Shown here: positions 26,304 through 40,219 of the stretch, one piece after another | Layout: each line of letters starts with the position of its first letter | Numbering within the stretch: the first letter of the stretch is position 1 | Assembly (NCBI GenBank): GCA_951406725.2 | Contig: OX597818.1 | Span: 21,762,001-21,826,000, forward strand | Length of the DNA: 64,000 nt | DNA from: Octopus vulgaris | Taxonomy: Eukaryota | Reading direction: 5' to 3' | Position numbers and translations under genes: made by a program | Notes under the pieces: generated by a model | Database searches by the model: none | Seen by the model: the letters and a program-made list of their open reading frames with translations, nothing else | What the model was told of the DNA's origin: nothing

Positions 26304-29300
26304 GTGCATACTTGAGCTTTGTTATATACACTTGCTTGTATTTTGTTGCACATGCTGAATATACCTACAATATATTGTATGCATCCATTGTCTGATATCC
26401 CATAGCATCTAATATTACATTCCTGTACTAATGCCAAAATTTAATGTAAAAGATGTTGGATTTGAAATGAATGAACATCACCCATTTTTGTAGTCATGTG
26501 TTTATTTAGATATATTAAGATTCCTAGTAATCAAGTTTGATATTTTAAAAAAATCATTAAAACATGATGTTTAATTAACTAATTAGATTTAGTATGCATA
26601 TTTGGATCTATTAACATTTTCAGTACCAAAGTCAACTTTGATTTGTGTCATACTTTTGCCTACTGACATTTATAATACAGGATTGTCTAGTGTTTGTTTT
26701 TAATAATATAGGAACAAATCCACAAGGAATATGTTGAAATTGAGTTTAACATTAGGATTTTATTTGATTTATTATAACAAAGTGCAGTATTTCCAATCAT
26801 TTTAGTATAAATATTGAAAATTATATGTATTCTTTTAACACTCTTTTTAACAGTAGTCTGTGAAAAAATATAGGTTTTTTTTTTTTATCTCCAAAGAGTT
26901 AGTTTGATTTAGATGTTTATTGAGGATTTTCTTTTATGGAAATTTCAGTTTAGCAAAGTAGTAGAATTGGAGGAAGCTAGTAATGTTTTGTGTTGGCAAA
27001 AAGTAATCCAAATAATCCAAATAGTGAATTGTTTTTTATGCTATGAGGAAGAATAAAGATTTGGATGCTTGCTCTTCTTTGGAGAGAAAAAAAATGAAAG
27101 CCTTGTCACTAGATTATAAGATAATAAGATCTTTATTTCATCTTTTTCAGTCTTGTAGTTTGTTTAGTTATGGTCTCTAATCATGTATTTGGACTTTTGC
27201 AGTTCATTTTAAAAGAAGCTGTTTAATTTTTGTTTCAGAATATTGTTATTAGATATTAATTTCTTTTAAGTTCCTCCTAAAATTTCAGCCTTATAATGCT
27301 AAAGACATCCTCTCAGTTTTTATTTTTTCTCTTCTTCAACACATTATATTAACATCTTGAGTAAATCTTTAAACAAAACTATAATTGTGCAGTTCCAGAT
27401 AAATATATTTCCTAACATACAATAGAAGGTTCTTATTTAATCATAAACTTCAGTTTCCTTACATTCAGTTTCCTTACAACATTGTTTCTGTGATTTGTCT
27501 CATAACCTGACATCCATCTCCACTAACCGTTTTCTTCGGCATATATGTGAAATCATTTTCTTCAGTTTCCCCTTTTATAATTTAAACTTCTTTCTCATAA
27601 TTATTAATCACCTTCAAATTTTCATCATCTTAAATTTCTTTTATATATTTGTGTTTAATAGTTTTGTATTAATAAAATATCAGTTTTAATCTGACATCGG
27701 CTAGATGGAACTTAAAATAAGTGGTTCAATGAACCTGTTTATTTCATTCTAAATAAAATGAAAATTTTTGATCTTTCTCTTTGCTCTTTTTTATCTCTCC
27801 ATACTTAATTTTCATATTTCACTTCTGTGGTACTGTTTTCACTTCTCATACAATAAAAAAACAAAAGCAAAAGACTCCTCAGCTAATCATATGTACTTCT
27901 TTCTCAGTTATTTGATAATTCAGTCTGTCTTCAATAATTCTTTTCTTGGGCCATACCAAAATAGTTCTTGACTTTATTTTAAATATTAATTTTAGAATAA
28001 TTCTTCGCCAAAATAGTAACTCAGTTAAATCAAATATTTGATACCCTTTTATTCTCAGTTTCAAAATCAATCATATTTTTCTAATACTTTTTTTATAAAA
28101 TTATCATCCCATCTTTATAGAATTCTACAGTTAAAAAATATATTTTCTTTTTTTGTGACAGCCATTTTCCTTGTGCTGTATCACTTCACTTTGTCATAAA
28201 CTATTATATTCTATTTCACTAATTTTAGTCATAAAAAATCTTTTAAACATTTTTCTTTTCTTTAATCTAAGTGCAAAACTAAGTCTATAAATGTAATTTA
28301 CTTCGCTTCATTTATACTATAATAAGGTATAATTTTACTCTATCTCATTCCCCTAACACAAATCTGTAACATTGTACCTAAATAAGAAATCAATATTTTT
28401 AATAATCCTTTTCATCTTCTGGTATTTCTATTTCTGGTTCTCAGTGAATAACAAGCTTATTGTCAACAAAAGTTGTCATGTGTCATTAAAGCAGTTAGTT
28501 TAATCTTTTAATCTCAAATCAGAGGGTTTTGTTTTATCATTTTCAGTTAGTGAAATCTAACATTCTTCTGAAACTGGTGTGAATGAGATTTTGTATTTGT
28601 CACAAATACACTGGTCACTGCTATTGACAACTCCTCTTCCTCATCCATGTAAAATGCTTGCTCTGTTCACCTTTTTCTTCAACTTGCTTCTGTTTACTAA
28701 CTATCCCATTCCTATGAGAGCCATGTCTTCCTTTTATTGCTAAAACAATCCTATATATATATATTTTGCTTACTTTTTTTCATATCTTTCACATATTTCT
28801 TTTCTTTCATAATTTAATGTCCCAAGTTATATTCCAGCTTCTGTTGTACTACATCTTTAAACAAGTGTGTTGATTATTTACATTGAAACAAGTAGCGATA
28901 AAAAGTATTCTACATTAAGAATAAAATGTAATATTTGTGTTTAGCTTTCAGTACATAGACTTCCATAACTTAGCTCTTCAACTTAGTAAGACATTCCTGG
29001 TTTCAAGCTAATGTTAAATATCTCATTTATTACTATTTGTTTCCGGTATAGGAAACATACAGATTAGAGATGAAATGGCTAAACCATTAGCTCAGATTTC
29101 TTGAGTTCAAATTTACTTTATTCGAAGACATGACATTTAATTCTATAAGGCTTCAGTTCATCTTAGCTGTTGGGGATAGGTACTAGACTTGTCATAGATT
29201 TTATCACAATTACTTAAAACTATAAAATGGAATGAAGCACTGCTCTGTTATGAATCATTCAGGGCTATGGTTCTCTTTTCCTATTAATGCTGTGCACATA

Positions 29301-31099
29301 AAGGATTTTGCTGTTAGGCAATATTAAGAAAATTTTGTGATAGAAAGCTGACTACTCAAATGCTTGTGATTGATGAACGTGTGTGCACACACAAACACAC
29401 ACACACACCATGTGGTGAATATAACTTTATATTTTGATTAATTATTTTAATATTTAACTGTTTATTACATTTTTAATTCCAAAATGAACAAAAAGATAAA
29501 GCAATACTGTTAAAATTTTATCATTTGTTCTTAGTCACTGATTGCTAGGTAATTAGTTATTCTTTTATTATAGCCATTTTAGTCTACTAGTTTTTTATCA
29601 CTAATTCTCTGTTCTATATAATGAATCAATATCTTATTGATCAATGGTCTTTACAAGAGAACTTCTTATACAAATTTGCATTATACGCTTCATAGCATAA
29701 CATTAATTCTATGTCCATTACCAAGGTTAATGCATAAGTGTAGCTTATATATTGCATGACATTATGATCTGGGGCACTTGAATGAAAGTCTAAACTGTAA
29801 AGGAAAGTAAAGCAAAACAATAATCGTTGTGTATGTCAGGATAGTATATAATTACTTAACAGTGTCAACAGACTAATCAATTATTAAAAAAAGAATTTTT
29901 GTGACAACTCTGTCATGTTGATATTTGGATCAGTATTGACCACTGAGAGCTAATGTACATATATATTCTAGCCAACAGGGTTATATCTAATTACTATGTG
30001 CTACTGTATTTGCTTAAGTAAGTGTGCACTGCTAATTTCTGAGAAGCAGCTTTTAGGCATTTTTTATTTTCATTGTTGTGTAGACATAGTTGTGTGGTTA
30101 TGAAGTTCATTTTGCAACCATGTGGTTCTGTATTTGGTCCCATTGTGTGGTACCTTGCACAAGTATCTTCTACTATAGCTTTGAGTCAACCAGTGCCTTG
30201 AGGGTGAATTTGACTGATAGTAACTGTGAAGAATTCCATCATATATGTGTGTGCACATGAATGATTTTCACATGCCCTTTTTAACATTGGCTGAGCACAA
30301 GACAAGTGTCAATGGCTCTGGTACTTTCAGTGTGTGAGGACTGTCTGTATGAAAATGCCTTTCATGGAAAACAGGCAGAGGTTGGAGACAGGAAGAGCAT
30401 CTGACTGTAGAAAGTCTACTTCAACAAGTTTCACCTAACCTTATAAGTTGATTTTATTTTCAACATGAAGTAAACACAAAAATGAGTGTTGTATTGAATC
30501 ATTGACTGATAGGTTCTGTGTTAAGATTCACTGCTTGAATTTCATTCTGTTCCTTCTCAAGATCTGAATCTTTTCTAATCACCAGGAATTGTTTTTTTAA
30601 ATATATTAGTAAAAAGCCAATGTGTTACTTTATTTTACTTTATATCTCAATAATGAATCACACTGTTGTTAATGACAGGTTTTGAACTGTCTCATCACTG
30701 GTTCATTTCTGATGGCAGGAACAATGGGTTTCTGTGGACCTTGCTCAATGAACACTTTATTTGCCAGTGTTTACATTCTTTGCTGATATGCCATGAATAT
30801 GGGATTCCATACAATTTCCAAAACTTAGTCAATCTGAAGTTATGATAGAAGATAAAATAGTTCTAAGTGTCATTCAGTGGGATTAAGCCCACAACCATGT
30901 CATTGTGAAATAAACTTCTTACCTACATAGCCATGCCTGCATCTACATATGTGTAGGATAGATAAATGATTTTGAAATTAAGGGCTTAGAAAAGAAACCA
31001 TATTCATAGATATGGTCAGAATTTGGTGCCTTGTCAATGTCTGATGCAAAATTTAGCTCCAGAATCAGTACAATGGCTGTAACAGTATTTAAATATAGT

Positions 31100-31319
31100 A
31101 AGGCAGTGAGTGAGCTGGTAGAAACATTAGTACACTGGGTGAAATGCTTAGCAGTATTTTGCCTGTCTTTATGTTCTGAGTTCAAATTCCACTGTGTTTG
31201 ACTTTGCCTTTCATCATTTCGGGGTTGATAAATTAAGGACCAGTTACATACTGGGGTCAATCTAATTGATTGGCCCCTTCCCCAAAAATTTCGGGCCTTG
31301 TGCCTAGAGTAGAAAAGAA
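31100..31319 (+). mobile_element. Full-length SINE family A with 14-bp TSD
   Basis: tRNA-like head (TGAGCTGGTAGAAAC..., B-box-like GAGTTCAAATTCC); TSD TATTTAAATATAGT / TATTTAAGTATAGT at 31086-31099 and 31320-31333. Confidence 0.9.
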
Positions 31320-32397
31320 TATTTAAGTATAGTGACTGAAGCAAAAATTAAATCCACAATGAGTAGCTCAATAACTTAACATTATGATTGCCCTATGGTT
31401 TGTGTGTTTCTCTTTTGTACATGCTGTCTAGGAAACAATCAATCATCAGTCAAATTAAATGTAATTTAAAAACATAAAGAGCCAAAAGGCAGTTAGGTGG
31501 CTGATGAGGCCACAGTTTTTATTTCTTTCACATATGTAAATTAGAAAGGTTTGCAAATTCATACATTGAAATAAGTGTAGAGCTAATGCCCTCCTAATCC
31601 ATTTAAGTCAGTAGTCATTTAATAGTGGTGGAGAAATTACATTAACTAAGTTAAACTAGTCAACTAGAATAATGTAGCTGCTCTTGAAGCGTGATGCAAT
31701 GGCAATAACAATTTAAAACAGAAGATTGGTTGGGTTGGAGCAGTAGAAATGGAGACAATTAGTAATCCAGAACATGAACAATTTCATTCTCCAAACAATA
31801 TATAATAATAAAAAAACAATTTATCATAAAGTAATCCACTAAATGAGCAATTCATTGACCAGAAAATGTGAAGTCAAGGGTTATTTGCTAACATTATTAA
31901 ACAAATGTTGCAGGCAATAATCATTACTTACATTTTTAGAAGTGGTAACTTGTGTACTTTAGTATTACCAAAATGTGCATGTGTGTGTGTGCATGCACAC
32001 ACACACACTTACATACATTGCCAGATTAACTCGTAGTTCCATTATACTACTTAACTACCAAGCACAATCTTAGTAAATTATTTAAACATAAAGCTTGTGA
32101 TATTATTAGTCTAGTAAAGAATGCACAACATAGCTGTTGACATCCAAGCTAAATTTTGTATTTGAAATGAGTCATTTATTGTACCTCACTACAGTGAACT
32201 TCAGCATCAACCTTTTTTTTTCAACAAAGCCATATGAAAAACATCTCTCAACTAACTAAAGTTTATCTATAATCTTAAGATATGAATACTTGAATAGCAT
32301 AATTTTTTAAATATGTCCACTATCTACAAGCAATCTCTCAGTGAAACTTTTTTTTTTGCAAATTTACCGATTTTAATAGCAACCACAGTTATACTAG

Positions 32398-32586
32398 TGG
32401 TTTCAAATTTTGGCACAAAGCCAACAATTTCGGAGGAGTGGGTAAGTCAATTACATATTTTATCAACCCTGAAAGGATGAAAGGCAAGTTGATATTGGTG
32501 GAATTTGAACTCAGAGCCTAAGAGAGACTAAACGCCACCAAGGAGTTTGCCCAGTATCATAATGATTCTGCCAGCTAGCAACCTTG
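32398..32586 (-). mobile_element. SINE family A
   Basis: Family motifs in reverse; flanking ACCACAGT(T/A)AT direct repeat. Confidence 0.8.
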
Positions 32587-34392
32587 ACCACAGTAATGAA
32601 AAAAAAAAAAGTCCATGTAATATAATTACAACAATGCAACTGTAATATTTAGATTAAAAAGAAATAAAATTTAAGTATCAAGAGCGAAAAAATGGAGGCA
32701 AGCATAGTTAAGTAATTAAGAAGTTTAATTCACAGTTATGTGGTTTCAGGTTCAATTCCACTGTGCAGCATTTTGGGCAGCTATTTTCTATGCTTATAAC
32801 TCAAAGTAAATTCTGTGAAAGCCCATATAGAGGATTGTACCTGCTTTTGGATGGCAAACTAGTCCTCCTCTGTTTCCCCATCAGTAGTCTTGCAAAGAGG
32901 TTATAGGCACTACATTTCCTCTGTAAAAAAAAATATATTATTTTATTTGCTCTTAACCCCCATTTCTCATATTTTCATAAGCAACAATTTTTTTATTATT
33001 ATAAAAAGAGAGAAGTAACCTGTTCATTCTGTATGTTTCTCTAAAATTATTAATCTGTAATAACTCTTACATAAATGGTATCTGCAGATGAAATAACTAG
33101 CATCTACTGCAAGCATTATATTGTCTTTCTAGCATAATATTTTATCCTGCATAGCTTCAGTCTTTTTAGCTGTTGAGAATAAGTATTAAACTTCGGTGGG
33201 AAATGTCTGATCACCTGCTGATATAAACCTGTGATCACAAAAGAAAACAAAAGTTATATACACATCTCATTTATGTTGCAAGAGAACGTTTTTATATCAA
33301 TGTCTTGGTGTATACAATAGAGAGCATATGGAAAAAATAAAGTTAAGGGAAAGAATTAATAAATTCAGATATATTACCTGAAAATAAATGTCTTCAGTGG
33401 TTCCCTAATAGGTTATGAGACATTCACCAATGAAACTCTCCATATGAACCAATCTCATAATAGATCTTTACAATCTTTAGTAATATCTCCAAGAATATTG
33501 AATATTTCTGAATCTTTTCACTCAACATGTATATCTTTCATTAAGAAAACTAATATTGGTAAATATAAGTATTGAGTTGCAGAAGCTGAGGGAATAACAA
33601 ATATCAAAATTATTTTAAAATTTTATTACTGAATGACTACAGAATGGTACTTATTTTAGGATATGATCTCATTTCTCAGAGAGGAAATGGCGAACATTTA
33701 ACGTACTCAGCATTCTAGTTTAGCTAATTTAATTTCTCTGCTGAAAGATATTAAGCTATTTTAGATGTCAGCATGGCATTTAAACATTTCAAAGTTGTGA
33801 GTTTACCAATCAAGCAGTAATTAATTAGTCTTAAAGAAAGGATAACAATTTAAATATGATATTTTGATGCTGATATTTAAAAAGACATTAACATTTTTAT
33901 TTGGGTCAAATATCTTATACTATTTTAATTTCAGCAAAATTGAGTTAACTTTTGTTTTTATTACTATTTGTAACATATATATATTTTTTTCTGATGAAGG
34001 TTGCAATGTCACTTATTTAAAAATGTCAGACTTAATATTTTTTTCTTATTAGGACACTTTAAGAACACACACAAATCATATTTCCCCATGCACACCTGGA
34101 ACATTATTAGCCAGTATATATTTGTAAACAATCACTTTAAAACAAGCCAAAATGTGAGTGTTTAAATGACTGCTCACCCTGCTAGGCAGAGCAATCAAAT
34201 TTTCCTTAAATTACAACTTGAAATCATGAATGGAAAGGGCCTATTGGATGATATAGTCTTAGATTTGCAATTCCTGATAGAAACATGCTGTGGTCATGAT
34301 TGAAATGCTTTGATTATAGGTCTGCTCAGTTAGGACTGATCTAGGTTAAACAGCTACATAAACTTTGAAAAGTAAACAAAATTATAATAAAT

Positions 34393-34768
34393 AGGTGCAG
34401 CAGTGTAGTAAGAAGCTTGCTTCCCAAACACATGGTTCAGTTCTCCAGAGTGACATCTTGACCAAGTGTCTTCTTCTATAGCCTGGGGATGACCAAAGCC
34501 TTGTGAGTTGATTTGGTAGATGGAAACTGAAAGAAGCCCATTGTATATGTTTGTGTGTGTGTGTGCACTCCCCTTCACTGCTTGATAACTGGTGCTGGTG
34601 TGGTTATCTCCCTGTAACTTAGTGGTTCGGCAAAAGAGAACCAATATAATAAGTACCAGGCTTTAAAAAAAAGTACTGGGGTTGACACATTCAACTAAAA
34701 ATCCTTCAGAGTGGTGCCCCAGCATGGCCACAGTCTAATGACTGAAACAAGTAAAATATAAAGGATAA
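34393..34768 (+). mobile_element. Full-length tRNA-derived SINE family B
   Basis: Head GGTGCAG..GTAAGAAGCTTGCTTCC..GGTTCAG, central (TG)n, 3' ATGACTGAAACAAGTAAAA. Confidence 0.85.
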
Positions 34769-35131
34769 ATATCTCAGACTTGCACCAAATCTGACTCAGA
34801 AAAATATGAACTCTATTGCACTAAGGCAGCATATGTATGATTAACACACATGATAATGCTCTCAAAATGATAAATTTAATTTGAAGCAGTCCCAAAATAA
34901 ATGTATAAAGTTGATATAAACAGAGTTTTTCAGTCCAATGTTGTCTGAAAAGAGTGATGTCATCAAATGGGTACATGAATATCTGAATCATTTGAATATC
35001 AAACCTTGTGCACTTCATAATATTTACATTTTTCCAATAGAAACAGAGCATCTATTATTAATTAAAAGACTGTCTTGAAAAAGAAACTCTGAGTAACAAC
35101 AAAGTGATTCATTAGCTTTGTACAAATATAC

Positions 35132-35310
35132 ATAGGGATGGTTGTGTGGTAAGGAGCTTGCTTCCCAACCACATGGTTCTGGGTTCACTTCTACTGCATT
35201 GTACATAAGGCAAGTGTCTTCTGCTATAGCCTCAAGCCTTGTGAGTGGATTTGATAAACAGAAACTGAAAGAAGCCCATCATGTATGTGTGTGTGCGTAT
35301 ACACATGCAA

Positions 35311-35378
<68 letters not shown>

Positions 35379-35625
35379 TCACATATATACATATATATGT
35401 GTATACATATGTGTGAGTATTTATGTTTGATCGCTACTACTGCTTGATGACCAGTGTTGGTTTGTTTTATGTTCCTGCAACCTAGTGGTTCAGCAAAAGA
35501 GACTGATAAAATAACTACCAGACTACAAAACAAAAAGTACTGGGGGTTGATTTGCTTGACTGAATCCTTCAGGGCAAAGTGCAAACGTGGCTACAATCCA
35601 AGTACTTGAAACAAATAAAAAAAGA
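35132..35625 (+). mobile_element. SINE family B with expanded internal (CA)n
   Basis: Same motifs as the 34393 copy; (CA)n at about 35313-35370. Confidence 0.85.
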
Positions 35626-37311
35626 TTCTCTCTCTCTCTCTCACACACACTCACGCGCGTGCGCGCACACACACATGTACACATGCATCTTCATTGTGTG
35701 TTTGCATGACATAGATTTATAGATATACTGTTGTTTTATTAATGTCATTATTTATATTCCGTCTGTATATTTATTCATTTATTTTAAATATTTTTTCCTC
35801 TACATTTTCATAATTGTGTCACTTGGTCATAATTTATTGTTTCTTCTTTCCATCTCTACAAACATTATTTAACATGAATTATTTAATACATGACCTCATT
35901 CAAGTATATTATTGATCAAACATGATGTGCCAATATTCTAACTAGTATATTTGATAATCATTCCAAGTCTTTTTTTTCATTTCATTTCATTTCATGTCCC
36001 ATATTAATTTTTTATTTATTAATTTTATTTAGACTTTACAGCAATTTATCATAAAAAGTAAAGATTTTTTGTTTTATTTCCATCAACAAATAAGTGGTGA
36101 CTTAACTAGTCACTCAGTTTAACATCATTGTCTAGTCTTTGTGTGTCTTTACTGGTGTCTTTTCTGTTGTAAGCAATCAGGTGAGGTCTCTGGTTTAAGG
36201 TACTTCCCTTTTACCAATCTCAGAGGCCCTGAAAATGGTCATGGGCACCATTTCCTTATGGCTGATCAATAGAAGAAAAATAAGCAAATATTTTAGTTTG
36301 ATATCTTCATGATAAAGATAGCTTTTCTTTAACTAGGAACAGCGATATCAGTTATGTTATTTTTGTAAATAATAGCTCAGTTCTTTTAAAAAGAAATAAT
36401 TTCAATTTTGAAATATCAATAAACTCAAGTTCAAGAGGTATCAGTTGTTTGATTTTGCTAGTTTTTAAATTAATTTAATAATATCTATTGTCATTCATTG
36501 CTTTTTTAACAAAATCTCTTATCAAGGTGTGTTTGATGATGTTAGCAGGTTGCCATATGCAGATAGGTATTCACAAATGAATTCTTCCTCTGTTCCATTT
36601 CTGTCCTCAGTCAAATTGACCTTACTTAATCAATTTTGTCTCTGAGCTTTCATAGAAATACTATGTTGACGCTAAGTTTATCGTGGTCACCCTATCACCA
36701 CAATAAATTATCAAAATTTTCACTCTCAAACCTACTAAAATCTAACAGTTGAATTAGAGGAGCACGCCTCAAGTCCAAACTATACTATCCTATTCAGAAT
36801 ATAGAGTTTTAAGGTATCAGTCAGTCATACTCAGTAGTTAAAACTTGCATATACTAGGTGAACTGATAAGAGATTAGATGTCTATTCTACCATATAAGAT
36901 ATGAGAGAGCTGCCAACTGACCTTGGTAGTCTTTGTTAACTCAGTGTTGTTTTCTTAACAGCATAATGGGGACAGGTGGAAGCAAAGCTAGGGAAAGATT
37001 CTACAACATATTTAAATTACCAAAAAGAAAATGTTTACTATAGATTTTAAAAATTTATTAATTTCAGATGAAATTACTAAAAAAGAAAAAAATAGTTTCC
37101 AGGAACTGTTACAATAAATAATTTTGTAGAATTTTCATTACAATAAATAAGTTTGAATGATTTTCAATTTTATTTTTGATCTTAAAAAAATATGTTCTTA
37201 CTATTTCTGAGTAATTAATTAATTATATATATATATTTATATATATATATACATATATATACACACACACACATTTTCATTTCATTATCTTTATGACATT
37301 TTATTGTTTAG

Positions 37312-37359
37312 ACAATCCATTTGCATTAGCTGAGGATTTGGACTCAATATTATATAATG
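37312..37359 (+). CDS. SORBS/CAP: 48-nt symmetric exon, (D)NPFALAEDLDSILYN
   Basis: Acceptor TTTTATTGTTTAG, strong donor ATG|GTGAGT, phase 1-1, open frame; peptide similar to the 26256 exon. Confidence 0.7.
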
Positions 37360-40143
37360 GTGAGTTATTCATATATTATCTACTTTAAGCCTGCCTTGCC
37401 ATGTCATTATATTACATGTGGAAGATGATTTGAAAATGTTTGACTTGCTTTGGAAAACCTATTAAACTTCTAAAATACCTTTGTCAATTTATATAATTTT
37501 AAACCTTAGAGTCATGGAGATAGCTAAGGCAACAGAAATCTAGAGTAAATTACTTCTTGTTTTGCAGGTTCAAATCCTGCTGGGGTCCACTCTGCTTTTC
37601 CTCTTTCTGGTGTTGATCAAATAAGTATCAGTACTATGTTGGGATCAATTTTGTTTATTGTATTCCTGATACGAAGATTGACCTTGATCAACAAAATATG
37701 TACCTGTCATGTATTGCAGTTAATTTGACTGCATGCTCTCCCAAAATTTGTGGAAATGTTTTTACCTTTTACTTGTTTCAGTCGTTAGATCATGGCCATG
37801 CTGAGGCATTGCATTGTTAAAATGAAAATAATTAATAAGGCTTATTTATAATACCTGGAAGTGATTGAAACCTCTGCTGCTTACAAACACCTTTACCTAC
37901 AGGGCCACCAAATTAATGAAGGATCACTAATTTCAAATAATTTATATCAAAGAGGTTTACTAAGAATATTTCTGTCTGAATAAATTCATCCATTTCATGG
38001 TGTCATTCAGGTGTCTGAATGGATATCTGCTGCAAGATATTTGTTTGACTTGATGGCAGGAGGTTTATTCCAGTTACCTATAAGAAATCCTACACACTCT
38101 GTTATTGGTAAATATTTAGCATTTTAATGTTTATTCATAGATGCAGCCAACTAGTTTGAATTAGTTAAAAATTATATGTGTATTACTGTGAGTGGAAAGG
38201 TGTGATATTGTGTGTGTGTGTGTAGATGTTTAAAAGTAGGTGACTAGATATTGATAGAATCTTAATTCATCATAATATTCCATTTTTTAACCCCAAACAT
38301 ATAATATGACCTTGTTATGCAGTTCCACACCAACTTAGCCTTTTCATTTTAAATACTCTATTTAAAGATACTGTAACTTCCTTCTTACATTATGCATGAC
38401 ATTTTATTTTAACAAAATGACCTTTTACTTCTTACAACTTTATATTAAACTTTGGTGCATATTACATATATGATACTTCATTATTACTCTGAGTACAATA
38501 ACCTTCCTTACCTTCAGTTTATCATCATTTGACATAAATTATTGTTTCAGGGGTTTAGATTTAGAGCAACAAGGAAACCTGCAAGCAGCAAAACACTGCT
38601 AAATGAATGGGGTGGGGAGTTCTACATACTAGAAATAACTTAATATACAACAAATAATAGCCAAAAAGGGAAGATACATTGAATGAGATAACCTTGGTCA
38701 AAGTGGTTGTCATTAGGATGATCAAGCTGTTGAAACCATGTCAAAGCTGACATTGGGGCTTGATGCAGCCCTCTGGTATATCGGCTCCTGTTGAACTATC
38801 TAATGAAAATGGACATTAAATGATGATGTTGGATATGGCCAGAATGCTGTTGATCATTGCACTTTGCTTCTATATATAGATATCTTAGACTGCATCCCTC
38901 AAACCCCAGCTGGTGGATTGCCATGAAATTTTTCACCAACACACGTTAACTTCTAACCAACAGAAATACTGAATCATCACTCCTCAGAGCTGGCTGCTCC
39001 TATACTACTACTCAGGTTCATCTGACTCACTTGTCTTTTCTTCTTGCCACTGACATTGTGAGTTTCATAGTCCCCATGCTAATCACTATACTCAATCCTT
39101 TCTTCACAAGGCTTCAGTCTTCTGGAAACTCCTTCCTATCTATATTCCTGCAGTTGTTCAAGAAGTACATAAGCTGCACAAATCTCGGAAGGCCTGTGAA
39201 CATAATAGGCTCAACTCAATTCCTTCAGGTCAAATGATGTATGTGTGCCCCACCCACCCCATCCCCACCCCATGGAGTTCATAGTCTTATGAGCTGTATG
39301 ATGGTCTTTTTCATGCTGACGACATGGAAAAAAGCACCCAAATACATGTTGTAATGTGGTTGGTGTTAGGAAAGTCATCCGCCATTGAAAGTGTGCCAAA
39401 GCACATACAAGGGCATGATGCAGTTTTAGGACTAGATCCATTGGATCCTTTCAAACCAGTCAACCCATTTCAGCATAGAACATAGATTTTATATGATGCT
39501 GACAACAACGAAACACACACATGCACACACTTGCAAGTAGTATGAATAAAGAGTACATGTCTAGTAAAGTTGATATATATTATTCTTAGAGCTCACTGCT
39601 TCTTCATTACTTGAAATTTTATGCTTGATAAGTATTCAACAAATAACGTTAATGGAGGAATAAAAAATTTTTTTTTCCATAAATTTCTTTCATGGAACAT
39701 CTTTGGGCAAATCTTTAAGTAATGGTTTTTATATTTAACAATAATATTGTGTGTGTGTAACTTTCTTTTATTTGTTCGTTTTTCCCATTCTGCTGTCCTG
39801 CTGTATTTAAAGCAAGTCTGAAGATCACAATTATTCTCGATCCTATGTCATCTCGTCTATATGGCTTAACATTTTTAGATTTAAATTTACCACTAATTGC
39901 AATTTTGTAACTGTAACTAGAAGACTACAGGATCCATACATCATTTTTAATGTAATTGTTTTGTTATTATTTCCTTTCTATGTTGTTTATTAATAACATA
40001 ATGGTATGTCCTGTTTGTGTGTGCACAATCATAAACTTGTGTGTAACCATAACCTTGAGTGCCAGCCTTTGTACAATCTTGTACATTAACTTAGTGATTT
40101 TTTAATCACTGTTTGGCTAAGTTCAGTGAAGTTTCTTTGCTGA

Positions 40144-40219
40144 TGACGTCATAAACACACTGAAACATATCTAGATTTCTCTCCCATATTTGCTGAAATA
40201 ACTAAAATAATATGAGTCA
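40144..40219. promoter_or_regulatory. Consensus CRE (TGACGTCA, 40144-40151) and AP-1 (TGAGTCA, 40213-40219) motifs
   Basis: Exact motif matches; function unproven. Confidence 0.25.

Noticed and set aside
30943-31344. 133-aa minus-strand ORF
   Set aside because: Largely the antisense strand of SINE family A.
34393-34460. tRNA-like A/B box sequences
   Set aside because: These are SINE heads; no complete cloverleaf is visible, so no tRNA gene is called.
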